A stretch of DNA of 64,000 nt, from the NCBI GenBank assembly GCA_013152275.1, contig JAADGS010000027.1:62001-126000 (forward strand), written 5' to 3'. The position numbers and the translations under genes are program-made. A model generated the notes under the pieces. It was not told the DNA's origin. It saw only the letters and a program-made list of their open reading frames with translations, and ran no database searches. The stretch comes from Actinomycetota bacterium. GTDB lineage: Bacteria; Actinomycetota; Acidimicrobiia; Spongiisociales; UBA4744. Of this stretch, positions 18,658 to 28,384 are shown piece after piece (the stretch's first letter is position 1; each line of letters begins with the position of its first letter).

Positions 18658-19581
18658 TTACGACTCGTCGGCCTCGGCCGCCCACATCTCCTTGATGGCG
18701 CCGAGACTGCCGAGAATGCCGCTGGTCTCCACCGGCAGGAAGATCTTCGTCGCCCTCCCATCGGCCATGCCCTTGAGCGTATCGAGGTATCGGATCGTGA
18801 TCAGATCCGGCGTTGGATCCCCGGTGTGGATCGCTCGGAACACACGCTCGATGGCCTGACCTTCACCTTCGGCGACTGTGAGCTTCTGGTACTTGTCGGC
18901 CTCCGCGACCCGCTTGATCGCTTCCGCCTGACCTTCGGCCTCGAGCACACGCGCCTGCTTGACACCTTCTGCCTTCAGGATCGCCGACCGTTTCTGGCCT
19001 TCCGCCTCGGTGACCACGGCACGCCGTTCCCGCTCCGCCTTCATCTGCCTGTGCATCGCCTGGGTGACATCCGGCGGCGGTTCGATGCGCTGGATCTCTA
19101 CACGGACGACTCTCGTTCCCCACACGTCGGTGGCGTCGTCGAGGATCTCCCGGAGCTGCGTGTTGATCCTCTCTCGTGACGTGAGCGCCTCGTCGAGCTG
19201 AAGATCGCCGACGACGTTACGGAGGTTCGTCTGGGCGAGCTTTGTCGCCGCCATGATGAAGTTGGCGACGTTGTACTTGAGCTTCACCGGGTCGGTTGCC
19301 TGGTAGTAGACGACTGCATCGACGGTGACAACCACGTTGTCCTTGGTGATGACTTCCTGCGGGGGCACGTCGACGACCTGCTCTCGCATATCGACGCGCT
19401 TCATCGTCTCGATGAACGGGACGATGAAGTTCAAGCCGGGATCGGCGGTTCTGCGGAACTTCCCGAACCGCTCGATGAGTCCTTTCTGGTACTGGCTGAC
19501 GATCTTGATGGCGTTGGCCACATAAAAGATCGCGAACGCAGCGATGACGATCAGCAGAATGACCGATGGGGGCAATTCCAT
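18658..19581 (-). CDS. SPFH/band-7 (stomatin/QmcA-like) protein
   Basis: N-terminal TM; ERFGK, PGLNFIVP, QEVITKDN, QMKAERERRA, AEG repeats. Confidence 0.93.
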   Translation of the reverse strand: MELPPSVILLIVIAAFAIFYVANAIKIVSQYQKGLIERFGKFRRTADPGLNFIVPFIETMKRVDMREQVVDVPPQEVITKDNVVVTVDAVVYYQATDPVKLKYNVANFIMAATKLAQTNLRNVVGDLQLDEALTSRERINTQLREILDDATDVWGTRVVRVEIQRIEPPPDVTQAMHRQMKAERERRAVVTEAEGQKRSAILKAEGVKQARVLEAEGQAEAIKRVAEADKYQKLTVAEGEGQAIERVFRAIHTGDPTPDLITIRYLDTLKGMADGRATKIFLPVETSGILGSLGAIKEMWAAEADES

Positions 19582-19585
19582 AGTG

Positions 19586-20386
19586 TTACCTCTCTTCCGA
19601 TTCTTCGATTGGTTCGACAACCAGCCGGGTGCCGCGCACGCCGACGACGGTCACCGTCGTGCCTTCTTCTATCCGCTCCGCGTCTGTCGTTGCCCGCCAC
19701 TCCTCGGTCTCGACCTTGACGCGTCCCTGGTCGTGGATCGGTTCGACCGTTTCCAGGACCTTCCCGAACGAGCCGATGAGACGGTTCGCACCGACCGAGG
19801 GCTGAGGTTCATCCGCCGGCGCGAGCCTGCGCAGGCCGATCAGCGCGAGGATCGACACAACGAGGAACGCCGCCCACTGGACGCCGACGGCGACGTTCAG
19901 CCAGGCAAGCACCGCAGCGACGACCGCTCCGACCGCAAAGGGCAGGATGAAGAAGCCGGCCGTGAAGACCTCACCCACTCCAAAGACGAAGGCAGCCGAG
20001 ATCCACACCCACCTCCACAATTCGTTCTCCATTTCGTTGCTCCCTTTATCGAAGACTGCTGCCGAAAGTCCGATTGCTGTCGCTGCGGCGACGAAGACGA
20101 CGATCACGCCAAGCCGCGATCTGGCGTGGAGTCGTTCCCCGTTCGTGACCGACCTCCAGGTCCGGGCAGGGTCGCTCAGTGGATCCCGCTGTTCTCGTGC
20201 CCACATCTCTGCGAAGAGGGACAGATCGGAACCGACGACGGCTTCGGGGCTCTTGCCCTCGGCGGTGGCCAATCGGAGATGCTGTTCGAGTTCCACCTTC
20301 ATCTCGAGCGCTGCTCGGCGAGGCACCTGGGTCGCGATCCAGTATCGCTCGCAGTCTGCGACGATCTGCACAACGTCAGTTGACAC
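19586..20386 (-). CDS. NfeD-like membrane protein with extra N-terminal helical domain
   Basis: C-terminal NfeD OB-fold (GRVKVETEEWRA...VTVVGVRGTRLVV); N-terminal ELEQHL..A..EGKSPEAVVG; GTG start after AAGGAGG overlapping the padR 3' end. Confidence 0.8.
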   Translation of the reverse strand: MSTDVVQIVADCERYWIATQVPRRAALEMKVELEQHLRLATAEGKSPEAVVGSDLSLFAEMWAREQRDPLSDPARTWRSVTNGERLHARSRLGVIVVFVAAATAIGLSAAVFDKGSNEMENELWRWVWISAAFVFGVGEVFTAGFFILPFAVGAVVAAVLAWLNVAVGVQWAAFLVVSILALIGLRRLAPADEPQPSVGANRLIGSFGKVLETVEPIHDQGRVKVETEEWRATTDAERIEEGTTVTVVGVRGTRLVVEPIEESEER

Positions 20387-20717
20387 GGGCACCTCCTTCC
20401 AACACGGCATCCACGCCTTGTGCCAGCTCCCTCCATGCCGTACTCCACTCTGCCAGCTTGTCTTCACCGGCGGGGCGAATTCGGTAGTACTTGCGCTTCG
20501 GTCCCTCCTTCGAAGCGACCTTGTATCCCTCGATGAGGCCTTGTTTCTGCAGCCTGCTGAGCGACGGGTAGATGCTGCCCTCGCTCACCAGCGTCAGTCC
20601 CCGCTCCTGCAGCTTTCGCACCATTTCATAGCCGTAGCTGGGTTCTTCCGAGATCACTGCCAGGAGGCACAGATCGAGGGCACCCTTGAGGAGCTGAGAA
20701 CTGTGTTCAACGCTCAT
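20376..20717 (-). CDS. PadR family transcriptional regulator
   Basis: LLKGALDLCLL, SYGYE, EGSIYPSLSRL, GPKRKYY. Confidence 0.92.
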   Translation of the reverse strand: MSVEHSSQLLKGALDLCLLAVISEEPSYGYEMVRKLQERGLTLVSEGSIYPSLSRLQKQGLIEGYKVASKEGPKRKYYRIRPAGEDKLAEWSTAWRELAQGVDAVLEGGARVN

Positions 20718-20887
20718 CGACCGCCTATCATGCAATGCAGTATAGCAGCCGGACCCTTGCGTTACAAGTTAGTAGGGGCATCTACACCCGGAGTGCGGTC
20801 CTTCTGAACAATGCAGGCTCTTTCCCTGTTCTCGAGACAGCCACACCGACAGGAAGGCCGGCGCTCGAGCCACCACGCCCGCCCCGT

Positions 20888-20946
20888 GGTCCCGCATCAA
20901 CGCTCGCCGCGATACGAAGTACAGAGTACGAGGTACCAAGCACGAA
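20888..20946 (+). repeat. TACGAAG-family heptamer element copy after the clpB stop
   Basis: ggtcccgcatcaacgctcgccgcga-tacgaag-tacagag-tacgagg-taccaag-cacgaa. Confidence 0.75.
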
Positions 20947-20956
20947 CCGGGTGAGC

Positions 20957-23527
20957 TCACTCCTGTGAGAACATCAGGCCATCCTCACCCGCGTCGACGT
21001 GGATCGTGTCACCTTCCCGGAACCGGCCTTCGAGGATATCCAGTGCAAGACGATCGCCGATCTGCTTCTGGATGAGCCGCTTGAGTGGCCGCGCCCCGTA
21101 GGTCGGGTCGTAACCATGCTCGGCGAGCCAGGCCCTGGCTTCTTTGGTCAGCTCCAGACCGATGCGGCGCGTCGCGAGACGGTCTCTCAGATGCACCATC
21201 TGGATCTCGACGATGCGTTCCAGATCCTTCGCCGTGAGGCGATGGAACACGACGATCTCGTCGACGCGGTTCAGGAACTCCGGTCGGAACGACGCCCGAA
21301 CAATGTTCATGATCTGTTCCTTGACGACCTCGTCCGTCGAGCCTGCTTCGATGAACTCCGAACCCAGGTTTGACGTCATGATCAAGATCGTGTTCGAGAA
21401 GTCCACGGTTCTGCCCTGACCATCGGTGAGTCTCCCGTCGTCGAGCAACTGTAGGAGAACGTTGAAGACGTCGTGGTGTGCCTTCTCGATCTCGTCGAGC
21501 AGGACCACGGAGTATGGGCGGCGTCGAACGGCCTCGGTGAGTTGGCCACCCTCTTCGTAGCCGACATACCCGGGTGGAGCGCCGATGAGCCTGCTGACCG
21601 TGTGTTTCTCCATGTACTCGGACATGTCGATGCGGATCATCGCCCGCTCGTCGTCGAAGAGAAACCACGCGAGAGAGCGTGCCAGCTCTGTCTTTCCGAC
21701 CCCGGTGGGTCCGAGGAAGATGAACGATCCGATCGGCCGGTTCGGATCCGACAGACCGGCTCTGCTGCGGCGAATCGCATTTGCGACGGCGGTGACGGCG
21801 TCGTCCTGACCGACGATCCGCTCGTGGAGGTACTCCTCGAGATGGACCAGTTTCTCGACCTCTCCCTCCATGAGGCGTGACACGGGAATGCCGGTCCAGC
21901 GGGCGACGACTTCTGCGACGTCTTCGTCGTCCACCTCCTCTTTGAGCATCTTCATGTCCTCTTGGAGCGACTCGAGTTCGGTCTGGCGGTTTCCCAGCTC
22001 TTCGGCGAGCTGTGGCAGGCGGCCGTAGCGAAGCTCCGCGGCATGTTCGAGGTCTCCGGAACGCGCGGCATGTTCGGCCTCGGCCTTGGTCTCTTCGATC
22101 TGAGACTTGAGACTGCGGATTCGAGCAATGGCGTCCTTCTCGAGCTGCCAATGCGCACGCAGCCCGCCGATCTGCTCCTGGAGGTCGGCAAGTTCCTTCT
22201 CGAGATTGTCGAGCCGTTCGCGAGAGGCTTCGTCGGTCTCCTTCTGGAGGGCCGCCCGTTCGATCTCGAGCTGCTTGATTCGGCGCTCGAGTTCGTCGAT
22301 CTCCTCGGGCATCGAGTCGATCTCGATGCGAAGCTTCGAGGCGGCTTCGTCGATGAGGTCGATGGCCTTGTCGGGAAGGAACCGGCCGGTGATGTAGCGA
22401 TCCGAGAGGACTGCAGCGGCCACGAGAGCGGCATCGGTGATGCGCACACCATGGTGGATCTCGTAGCGCTCCTTGAGACCGCGCAGGATACCGATCGTGT
22501 CCTCCACCGACGGTGGCTCGACGAAGACCGGCTGGAACCGACGCTCGAGAGCGGCATCCTTCTCGATGTGTTTACGGAACTCGTCGAGCGTCGTTGCACC
22601 GATCATGCGCAGCTCACCACGAGCGAGCATGGGCTTGAGCATGTTCGAAGCATCCATCGCACCCTCGGCCGCCCCCGCCCCAACGATGGTGTGCATCTCA
22701 TCGAGGAACGTGATGATCTCGCCCTGCGCGGACTTGATCTCGTTGAGCACCGCCTTGAGGCGTTCTTCGAACTCGCCCCGGTACTTCGCTCCGGCAACCA
22801 TCGCGCCGAGGTCGAGTGCGACGATGCGTTTGCTCTTGAGGCCCTCGGGGACATCTCCGTCGGCGATGCGCTGGGCAAGGCCTTCTACGATTGCGGTCTT
22901 GCCCACTCCCGGTTCGCCGATCAGCACGGGGTTGTTCTTCGTCCTCCGTGAGAGCACCTGGATCACCCGACGGATCTCATCGTCACGTCCGATCACGGGA
23001 TCCAGTTTCTGCTCCCGTGCCAGTTCGGTGAGATCACGCCCGTATTGCTCCAGTGCGTTGAACGTCGATTCGGGGTCTTGCGAGGTCACCCGTTGCGAAC
23101 CGCGGACGTCTGCGAGCTGCTGAAGTATGGCATCTGCCGTGGCTCCAAGGTCACGAAAGGCTGCTCCTGCCGGGTCGTCGCTCTCGGCGAGCGCAAGGAG
23201 GAGATGGTCGACGGAGACGTACTCGTCGTGCATTTCCGATCGGTGCCGATCCGCGGCCTGGAGGACGCGAAGCAGCGACTGAGACATCGAAAGCTCGCCT
23301 CCGTACACTTTCGGAAGCGTGTCGAGATGTTGCTGCAGGGCCGCGCGCAACGCAGGAGGCTGCACGCCGAGTCCGGTGAGAATCGGGTAGACGATCCCGT
23401 CGGCCTGGGCGAGGAGTCCCAACGCGAGGTGGGAAGGTTCCACCGACTGGTGGTGTGCGGTCTTGGCGAGTTCCTGGGCGTCGACGAGCGCCTGTTGTGC
23501 CTTGTGCGTGAAACGGTCGAATTCCAT
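20957..23527 (-). CDS. clpB: ATP-dependent chaperone ClpB
   Basis: Two AAA modules ([16 protein letters not shown]), long coiled-coil middle domain, RIDMSEY, YGARPL. Confidence 0.97.
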   Translation of the reverse strand: MEFDRFTHKAQQALVDAQELAKTAHHQSVEPSHLALGLLAQADGIVYPILTGLGVQPPALRAALQQHLDTLPKVYGGELSMSQSLLRVLQAADRHRSEMHDEYVSVDHLLLALAESDDPAGAAFRDLGATADAILQQLADVRGSQRVTSQDPESTFNALEQYGRDLTELAREQKLDPVIGRDDEIRRVIQVLSRRTKNNPVLIGEPGVGKTAIVEGLAQRIADGDVPEGLKSKRIVALDLGAMVAGAKYRGEFEERLKAVLNEIKSAQGEIITFLDEMHTIVGAGAAEGAMDASNMLKPMLARGELRMIGATTLDEFRKHIEKDAALERRFQPVFVEPPSVEDTIGILRGLKERYEIHHGVRITDAALVAAAVLSDRYITGRFLPDKAIDLIDEAASKLRIEIDSMPEEIDELERRIKQLEIERAALQKETDEASRERLDNLEKELADLQEQIGGLRAHWQLEKDAIARIRSLKSQIEETKAEAEHAARSGDLEHAAELRYGRLPQLAEELGNRQTELESLQEDMKMLKEEVDDEDVAEVVARWTGIPVSRLMEGEVEKLVHLEEYLHERIVGQDDAVTAVANAIRRSRAGLSDPNRPIGSFIFLGPTGVGKTELARSLAWFLFDDERAMIRIDMSEYMEKHTVSRLIGAPPGYVGYEEGGQLTEAVRRRPYSVVLLDEIEKAHHDVFNVLLQLLDDGRLTDGQGRTVDFSNTILIMTSNLGSEFIEAGSTDEVVKEQIMNIVRASFRPEFLNRVDEIVVFHRLTAKDLERIVEIQMVHLRDRLATRRIGLELTKEARAWLAEHGYDPTYGARPLKRLIQKQIGDRLALDILEGRFREGDTIHVDAGEDGLMFSQE

Positions 23528-23589
23528 GGGCTATCTCCGGTATGGTTCTCCAGGGGGAACCGTAGAAGGACTACTGCAATTCCAGAAAA

Positions 23590-23610
23590 TCTGAGTCTCA
23601 GTATATCAAG
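23590..23610. promoter_or_regulatory. HAIR-like HspR operator overlapping a putative extended -10 of clpB
   Basis: Minus strand CTTGATA-N7-ACTCAGA versus HAIR consensus CTTGAGT-N7-ACTCAAG; contains TG-A-TATACT. Confidence 0.65.
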
Positions 23611-23623
23611 TTTGGAGGAGAGG

Positions 23624-24094
23624 GTGGAGCCAAAAGCGCCGCGAGTGTCGGAGTTGTCGTTGGTCATGCAACCTCCGGACGCGAATTCGAACGGTTTCGT
23701 ACATGGGGGCTCGATCATGAAGCTGGTCGACACGATCGCCGGGGTGGCGGCGATTCGCCATGCCCAGTCACGAGTGGTGACGGCGCAAGTGGACTCCCTG
23801 TCGTTTCTCGCTCCGGTACACATCGGGGATGTCGTGACGTTCGAGGCCGTTGTGACCCAGGCGTGGCATACCTCGATGGAGGTCAAGGTCGTCGTACATC
23901 GCGAGGATGCACTCCGTGGGGAGCGGACCTTGACGACGACTGCGTATCTGACCATGGTCGCCGTGGACCAGGATGGGCATCCGGTCGAGATTCCTTCGCT
24001 CGAGCCGTCGACCGACCGAGAACGGGAACGGCAGGCCGCAGCGGAAGTGCGCAGGGAGGAACGCATCCATCTGCGGGAGCGACTCGGGACGTAG
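23624..24094 (+). CDS. Acyl-CoA thioesterase (hotdog fold, YciA-like)
   Basis: PPDANSNGFVHGG, VVTAQVDSLSFLAPV, TSMEV, AYLTMVAVD; GTG after GGAGGAG. Confidence 0.9.
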   Translation: MEPKAPRVSELSLVMQPPDANSNGFVHGGSIMKLVDTIAGVAAIRHAQSRVVTAQVDSLSFLAPVHIGDVVTFEAVVTQAWHTSMEVKVVVHREDALRGERTLTTTAYLTMVAVDQDGHPVEIPSLEPSTDRERERQAAAEVRREERIHLRERLGT

Positions 24095-24096
24095 AG

Positions 24097-24483
24097 TCAG
24101 GCGTCGAGCAGGGAGATACGGCGGTTGAGTGCGTCCAGGACGGCCCGCACGGTGGCAAGAGAAGGGTCGTCGTCACGGATGAGGGCGCTGCCGACGAATC
24201 GTTCGCTGAGGTTCGTGATGTCCACTTGTGCCAGAGCGATGCGGACATCGCCGAGTTCCTGGGTGGCCACTGCACTGAGATCCATGGTGATCGCGTCGTG
24301 AGCGACCTTCTCGATGGCGTGAAGGGTCGCCTCACCCACGAGCCTGGGTCGAGCGGCATCGGCGGTCGCGCCAACGGCCTGACCAGAGAACTCTTCGTCT
24401 TCCCACGACAGTGTCACGGTCACTCTCGCATCACCGTCTTCGAGTGATTCTTGAACATGGACGATGACCGGGCGTTCTCGCAT
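24097..24483 (-). CDS. Hypothetical protein
   Basis: 128-aa ORF with genome-typical codons, C-terminal AVLDALNRR; TAGGCT -10 six nt before ATG. Confidence 0.75.
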   Translation of the reverse strand: MRERPVIVHVQESLEDGDARVTVTLSWEDEEFSGQAVGATADAARPRLVGEATLHAIEKVAHDAITMDLSAVATQELGDVRIALAQVDITNLSERFVGSALIRDDDPSLATVRAVLDALNRRISLLDA

Positions 24484-24581
24484 GGCAGCAGCCTACTGCC
24501 TGGGACCACCAGGAGTCGGTTTAGACCTCGTCAGGCGCTGCACGGTATGCGGTCGCTTCATTCCCCTGACGAAGACCCCCC

Positions 24582-24657
24582 NNNNNNNNNNNNNNNNNNN
24601 NNNNNNNNNNNNNNNNNNNNNNNNNNNNNNNNNNNNNNNNNNNNNNNNNNNNNNNNN
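24582..24657. other. Assembly gap or masked stretch (76 N)
   Basis: Run of N. Confidence 1.
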
Positions 24658-24661
24658 CCTG

Positions 24662-24737
24662 GGGAAACAACGCTTTGTCATGCCCTGCATTCAAAGCGTC
24701 CTCGCCGGCCAGCGGATCCTCGGCAGAGGCCATTCCC
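24662..24737. ncRNA. Candidate structured RNA (multi-hairpin junction next to the gap)
   Basis: Closing GGGAA/TTCCC encloses hairpins ACGCTTTG/CAAAGCGT and CCTCGCCG/CGGCAGAGG; family not recognised. Confidence 0.3.
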
Positions 24738-24776
24738 GTGCATCTCGAGTGTCCAGTTCACCTATCCGCGTGTCCT

Positions 24777-24795
24777 CGAAGTACGAAACACAAAG
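24777..24795 (+). repeat. Short TACGAAG-family heptamer remnant
   Basis: cgaag-tacgaaa-cacaaag downstream of the AAA ATPase stop. Confidence 0.5.
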
Positions 24796-24811
24796 AAAAC
24801 CAGCCGTTTCT

Positions 24812-26269
24812 CTAGGCCATCACGGCTCTCGTGGAAGCCCACGCGCGCAGTCGTGCCACGTCCTCGGCGCGTGACACCGACAGCGGTACGGTGGAGCGAA
24901 TCTCGTCGAGCACCCGTGCGGTCGTGAGCGGTTGGTCGGCGGCGACGGCCCGATACAGGGCGCCCACGATCGCCGTCTCGATCTCGGCACCGGAGAAGCC
25001 GGCGGTCTGTGCCACGAGCGTGGTCAGGTCGAAGCATGAGGGATCGTTTGCTCGCTTGGCCAGATGGACTCTGAGGATCTCGCGGCGCGCGTCCTCGTCG
25101 GGGAGATCGACGAAGAAGATGTCGTCGAACCGACCCTTGCGAAGCAGTTCCGGAGGCAGCGCATCGATCTGGTTGGCGGTCGCGACGAGAAAGACCTCCT
25201 CGGAATGGTCCTGCATCCAGCGCAGGAACGTTCCGAGAAGGCGGCGGGCCACGCCTCCGTCCTGGTCTCCGGTCGCGAATCCTTTCTCGATCTCGTCGAT
25301 CCAGAGCACGGCCGGAGCCATCGCCTCGATTGTTCGAAGAGAACTGTCGAGACGGTTCTCGGATTCGCCGACGAACCTCCCGTAGAGCCGCGACGGGTCG
25401 AGCAGGACGAGCGGCAACCCCCAGGTGCGAGCGAGGGTTTTGGCGATGAGGGACTTTCCACATCCCGGTATGCCCGTGAGCAGGATCCCTCTTGGAGGAT
25501 CGAGGCCGGGCATTTCGGAGTCCATGGCGATCCGGCGCACCCGCAACCAGGACTTCACTTCTTCCAGACCGCCGACCTCGTCGAGTGTGCCGGCGTCGGA
25601 TTCGACGAGCTCGAGGACTCCGTCTGTGTTCAGGAGATCGGCTTTGGCGGCTCGCAAGGCCGAGATGTCGTTCGATCCGAGCCTGCCGTCCTGGAGTGCC
25701 TGGCGCTGGATGAGGCCGGCGGCCTCACGAAGCGTGATTCCTTTCAATGCGTTCGCGACCTCGGTGAGGTGGTCGTTGTCGAGGACCACCGGGAACCCAC
25801 GATCCGCGAGCCGCCGAACGGTCCTTCTGACGAGCCGGAGCAGTTCCGCTTCGCTGGGCGGATGCAGCCTCCAGCGGTGGGCCAGTCCCTTGATCTCCTC
25901 CGGAAGATCGGGATGCGGGGCGGTGAGGATGATCGTCTGACTCCGGCGCTGCGCCTGGGCCAGCTCCTTGATTCGGCGGACGACGATCGGGTCGCGAAGG
26001 ATCGGGTTGGCATCGGCGAACACGAATGCCCCCGGTGTCGAGATCTCTGCAATGAACCCGAGTGCCTGGTTCGGGTCGGTGCTCTGATACTGGGCCTGCT
26101 GCCGATCTCGGGCCAGACCTTGGGTTGAGGACCACGTCCAGACCGGAATGTCGAGTTCCCCGGCAGCGCTTCTCAGGACTTCAAGGAATCGTGGCTCCTC
26201 GTCTGTGGCGACGACGAGCAATGGGTACTGGGAAGCGAGCAGAACTCGAAGGTCGCCGGTGTTGTCCAT
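24812..26269 (-). CDS. AAA+ ATPase, Ycf46/SpoVK-like
   Basis: VGGLEEVKSWL, PRGILLTGIPGCGKS, LWIDEIEK, WMQD, PPELLRKGRFD, FSGAEIE. Confidence 0.92.
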   Translation of the reverse strand: MDNTGDLRVLLASQYPLLVVATDEEPRFLEVLRSAAGELDIPVWTWSSTQGLARDRQQAQYQSTDPNQALGFIAEISTPGAFVFADANPILRDPIVVRRIKELAQAQRRSQTIILTAPHPDLPEEIKGLAHRWRLHPPSEAELLRLVRRTVRRLADRGFPVVLDNDHLTEVANALKGITLREAAGLIQRQALQDGRLGSNDISALRAAKADLLNTDGVLELVESDAGTLDEVGGLEEVKSWLRVRRIAMDSEMPGLDPPRGILLTGIPGCGKSLIAKTLARTWGLPLVLLDPSRLYGRFVGESENRLDSSLRTIEAMAPAVLWIDEIEKGFATGDQDGGVARRLLGTFLRWMQDHSEEVFLVATANQIDALPPELLRKGRFDDIFFVDLPDEDARREILRVHLAKRANDPSCFDLTTLVAQTAGFSGAEIETAIVGALYRAVAADQPLTTARVLDEIRSTVPLSVSRAEDVARLRAWASTRAVMA

Positions 26270-26440
26270 GATCACAGATATCGCCCGCATCCGGGGGGAC
26301 ACTTAGGAGTTCCGGGGCACCTGCCGGGTTCAGAACTCGATGTGCCCGTCGCGATACGGACCGGGGGGCAATGACCCGGCGTCGGCTCGGCATCGGTCTC
26401 TTCGATACATCTGCCACGATGCCGCAGTCCGAACGTCGGC

Positions 26441-27661
26441 TCAGGGAGTGAGGTCGGCCAGTCCCTCGAGGACTCTGGCGACTTCCTCGAGGGTGTTGTA
26501 GTGGACGAATCCGACCCGGACCGCTCCTCCGGTTTCCAGCAGTCCGAACCGGTCCATGATGTTCAGCGCGTAGTAGTGACCCGACCACACGAAGATGCCT
26601 TCCTCGGCCAAACGCGTGGCCGCCACGTGCGGGTGCACACCGTCGATCGTCACTGCAAACGTAGGTACCCTGTCCTCGATCCGATCCACGCCCCAGAGGT
26701 GGGCGCCGTCGATGGCGGCGATGCCATCGAGGAACGCCCTCGCCATGTCGGATTCGTGTTGTCCGATCCACTCATAGGCAGCTATGAGTCGGCTGCGCCG
26801 AGGGCGGTCGGTGCCGACTGGAGCCAGGTTCGCGAGGTACTCCACGGCGGCGGCGACACCGGCGAGCGATTCAAAGCTCTGTGTTCCCGTTTCCCATTTC
26901 TCAGGTGGCTCCTCGGGGGCCGGGCGCACCTTGTATGCATCGATCCGGTCGAGAAGGTCGGTACGACCGTAGAGGACCCCCGTGTGTGGCCCGAAGAACT
27001 TGTATGCGGAACAGACGAGGAAGTCACAACCGATCTCGGCGACATCGAGCAGGCGGTGCGGTGTCGAGTGCACCGCGTCCACGAAGACGAGTGCACCCGC
27101 TGCATGCGCCCGGCGGGTCACCTCTTTGACATCGACTTTGGTTCCGAGGGCATTGGAGGCAGCGGTCACGGCCACGAGTCTGGTTCTCTCCGACAGGGAG
27201 CGATCGAGGTCGTCGAGATCGAGCGTTCCGTCGTCCCGGACTCCCACCTGCCGCACAACGGCGCCGGCGTCACGGGCGGCGAGCACCCATGGGGTGACGT
27301 TGGCATCGTGGTCGAGCGTCGTGACGATGACCTCGTCGCCTTCGTGCCACGAGTGGCCGATCGCCCTGCTCATGGAGAATGTGAGCGAGGTCATGTTCTG
27401 GCCGAATGCGATCTCGCCCGGGTGTTCTGCCCCGAGAAGCTCGGCCATCGCCGATCGGGCGGCATCGGTGATGGTGATGGCGTCCCGGCCCGGAGCGAAA
27501 TGCGAGCTCAGGTTCGAGACCCCCGCCGTCAACGTGGCGGCCATGGCATCGATGACCGATCGGGGAGTCTGCGTTCCTCCAGGTCCATCCAGCCACGCGA
27601 CTTGGCGGCCGTCCTGGGTTCGAGACAGTGCGGGGAATCGGGATCGAATGGTTGCGAGCAT
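26441..27661 (-). CDS. Cysteine desulfurase-like class V PLP aminotransferase
   Basis: LDGPGGTQTP, LDHDANV.PW, ASNALGT, VDAVH, CSAYKFFGPH, ETGT. Confidence 0.92.
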   Translation of the reverse strand: MLATIRSRFPALSRTQDGRQVAWLDGPGGTQTPRSVIDAMAATLTAGVSNLSSHFAPGRDAITITDAARSAMAELLGAEHPGEIAFGQNMTSLTFSMSRAIGHSWHEGDEVIVTTLDHDANVTPWVLAARDAGAVVRQVGVRDDGTLDLDDLDRSLSERTRLVAVTAASNALGTKVDVKEVTRRAHAAGALVFVDAVHSTPHRLLDVAEIGCDFLVCSAYKFFGPHTGVLYGRTDLLDRIDAYKVRPAPEEPPEKWETGTQSFESLAGVAAAVEYLANLAPVGTDRPRRSRLIAAYEWIGQHESDMARAFLDGIAAIDGAHLWGVDRIEDRVPTFAVTIDGVHPHVAATRLAEEGIFVWSGHYYALNIMDRFGLLETGGAVRVGFVHYNTLEEVARVLEGLADLTP

Positions 27662-27736
27662 GGAGCGAACGATAGCGCTCGGCCTGCTCGGTGGAACTCG
27701 CCCGCGTGCGGCGACCCCCGGTGGCACAATGGCCAT

Positions 27737-28144
27737 GTGCGATACGAGGTCGTCGCCCACACCGCCGATACCGGCATCATCGCCTACGGAAGAACGCTTG
27801 CCGAGCTGTTCGAGAACGCCGCGTACGCGATGTTCGACCTCATGTTCGATCTGGCTCCCTTGGTTGCGGCTTCGGAGATCGAGATCGTCGTCGAGGGCGA
27901 GGATCTTCAGGACCTGATGTTCGGCTGGCTCTCCGAGCTTCTGTTTCGCTTCGAGGTCGACGGACAGGTGTGGTGCCGATTCCGGGTGGGCATCGAGGGT
28001 GACCGGATCCGGGCGCTGGTCGGTGGTACGTCGGCGGCTTCGTTGCCATTGCGAGGATCACCGATCAAGGCTGTCACGATGCACGACCTCGAGGTCGTTC
28101 GCAAGGGACCCGAATGGGCAGCGACGGTCATCTTCGACGTCTGA
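27737..28144 (+). CDS. Archease (RtcB cofactor)
   Basis: YEVVAHTAD, LFENAA, WLSELLF, IKAVTMH, C-terminal FDV. Confidence 0.92.
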   Translation: MRYEVVAHTADTGIIAYGRTLAELFENAAYAMFDLMFDLAPLVAASEIEIVVEGEDLQDLMFGWLSELLFRFEVDGQVWCRFRVGIEGDRIRALVGGTSAASLPLRGSPIKAVTMHDLEVVRKGPEWAATVIFDV

Positions 28145-28384
28145 GTTTGGGCAAGGCAGCAGCCAAAGGGCCGAATGAAGCGGCGAGGGAGTTCAGGGAC
28201 TTGCTTGCCCGCGACGATCCGGGCGTCGATGTGCACAGGCCCTCCAGAGTGAAAAGGGAAGAGGAGGAGCGGGTCGGATCTCCGGAGGACACCCCGCTGT
28301 TGTGGGAGACGTCGAACCGACCGGCAAGGTGGCAGCGTGCACAGGACCGTTCAAGTGCCGGCTGCAACGCGTAACCTTGAGGCC

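Noticed and set aside
24582..24657. tRNA hidden in the 76-N run
   Set aside because: Length match only; no sequence to support it
24700..24745. Fluoride or c-di-AMP riboswitch (minus strand GGGAATGGCCTC...)
   Set aside because: Required pairing and conserved downstream motifs not found by eye; the downstream gene appears leaderless
26501..27736. Apparent long N-terminal fusion to archease (similar cases: ORFs 2301, 23045, 36695, 40906, 41919, 53482)
   Set aside because: The extensions overlap real genes on the other strand or frame; internal starts with SD or -10 signals exist
28340..28365. tRNA T-loop-like GTTCAAGT upstream of rtcB (Y-RNA-like)
   Set aside because: Flanks do not form a T-stem, and no Ro60 gene is nearby
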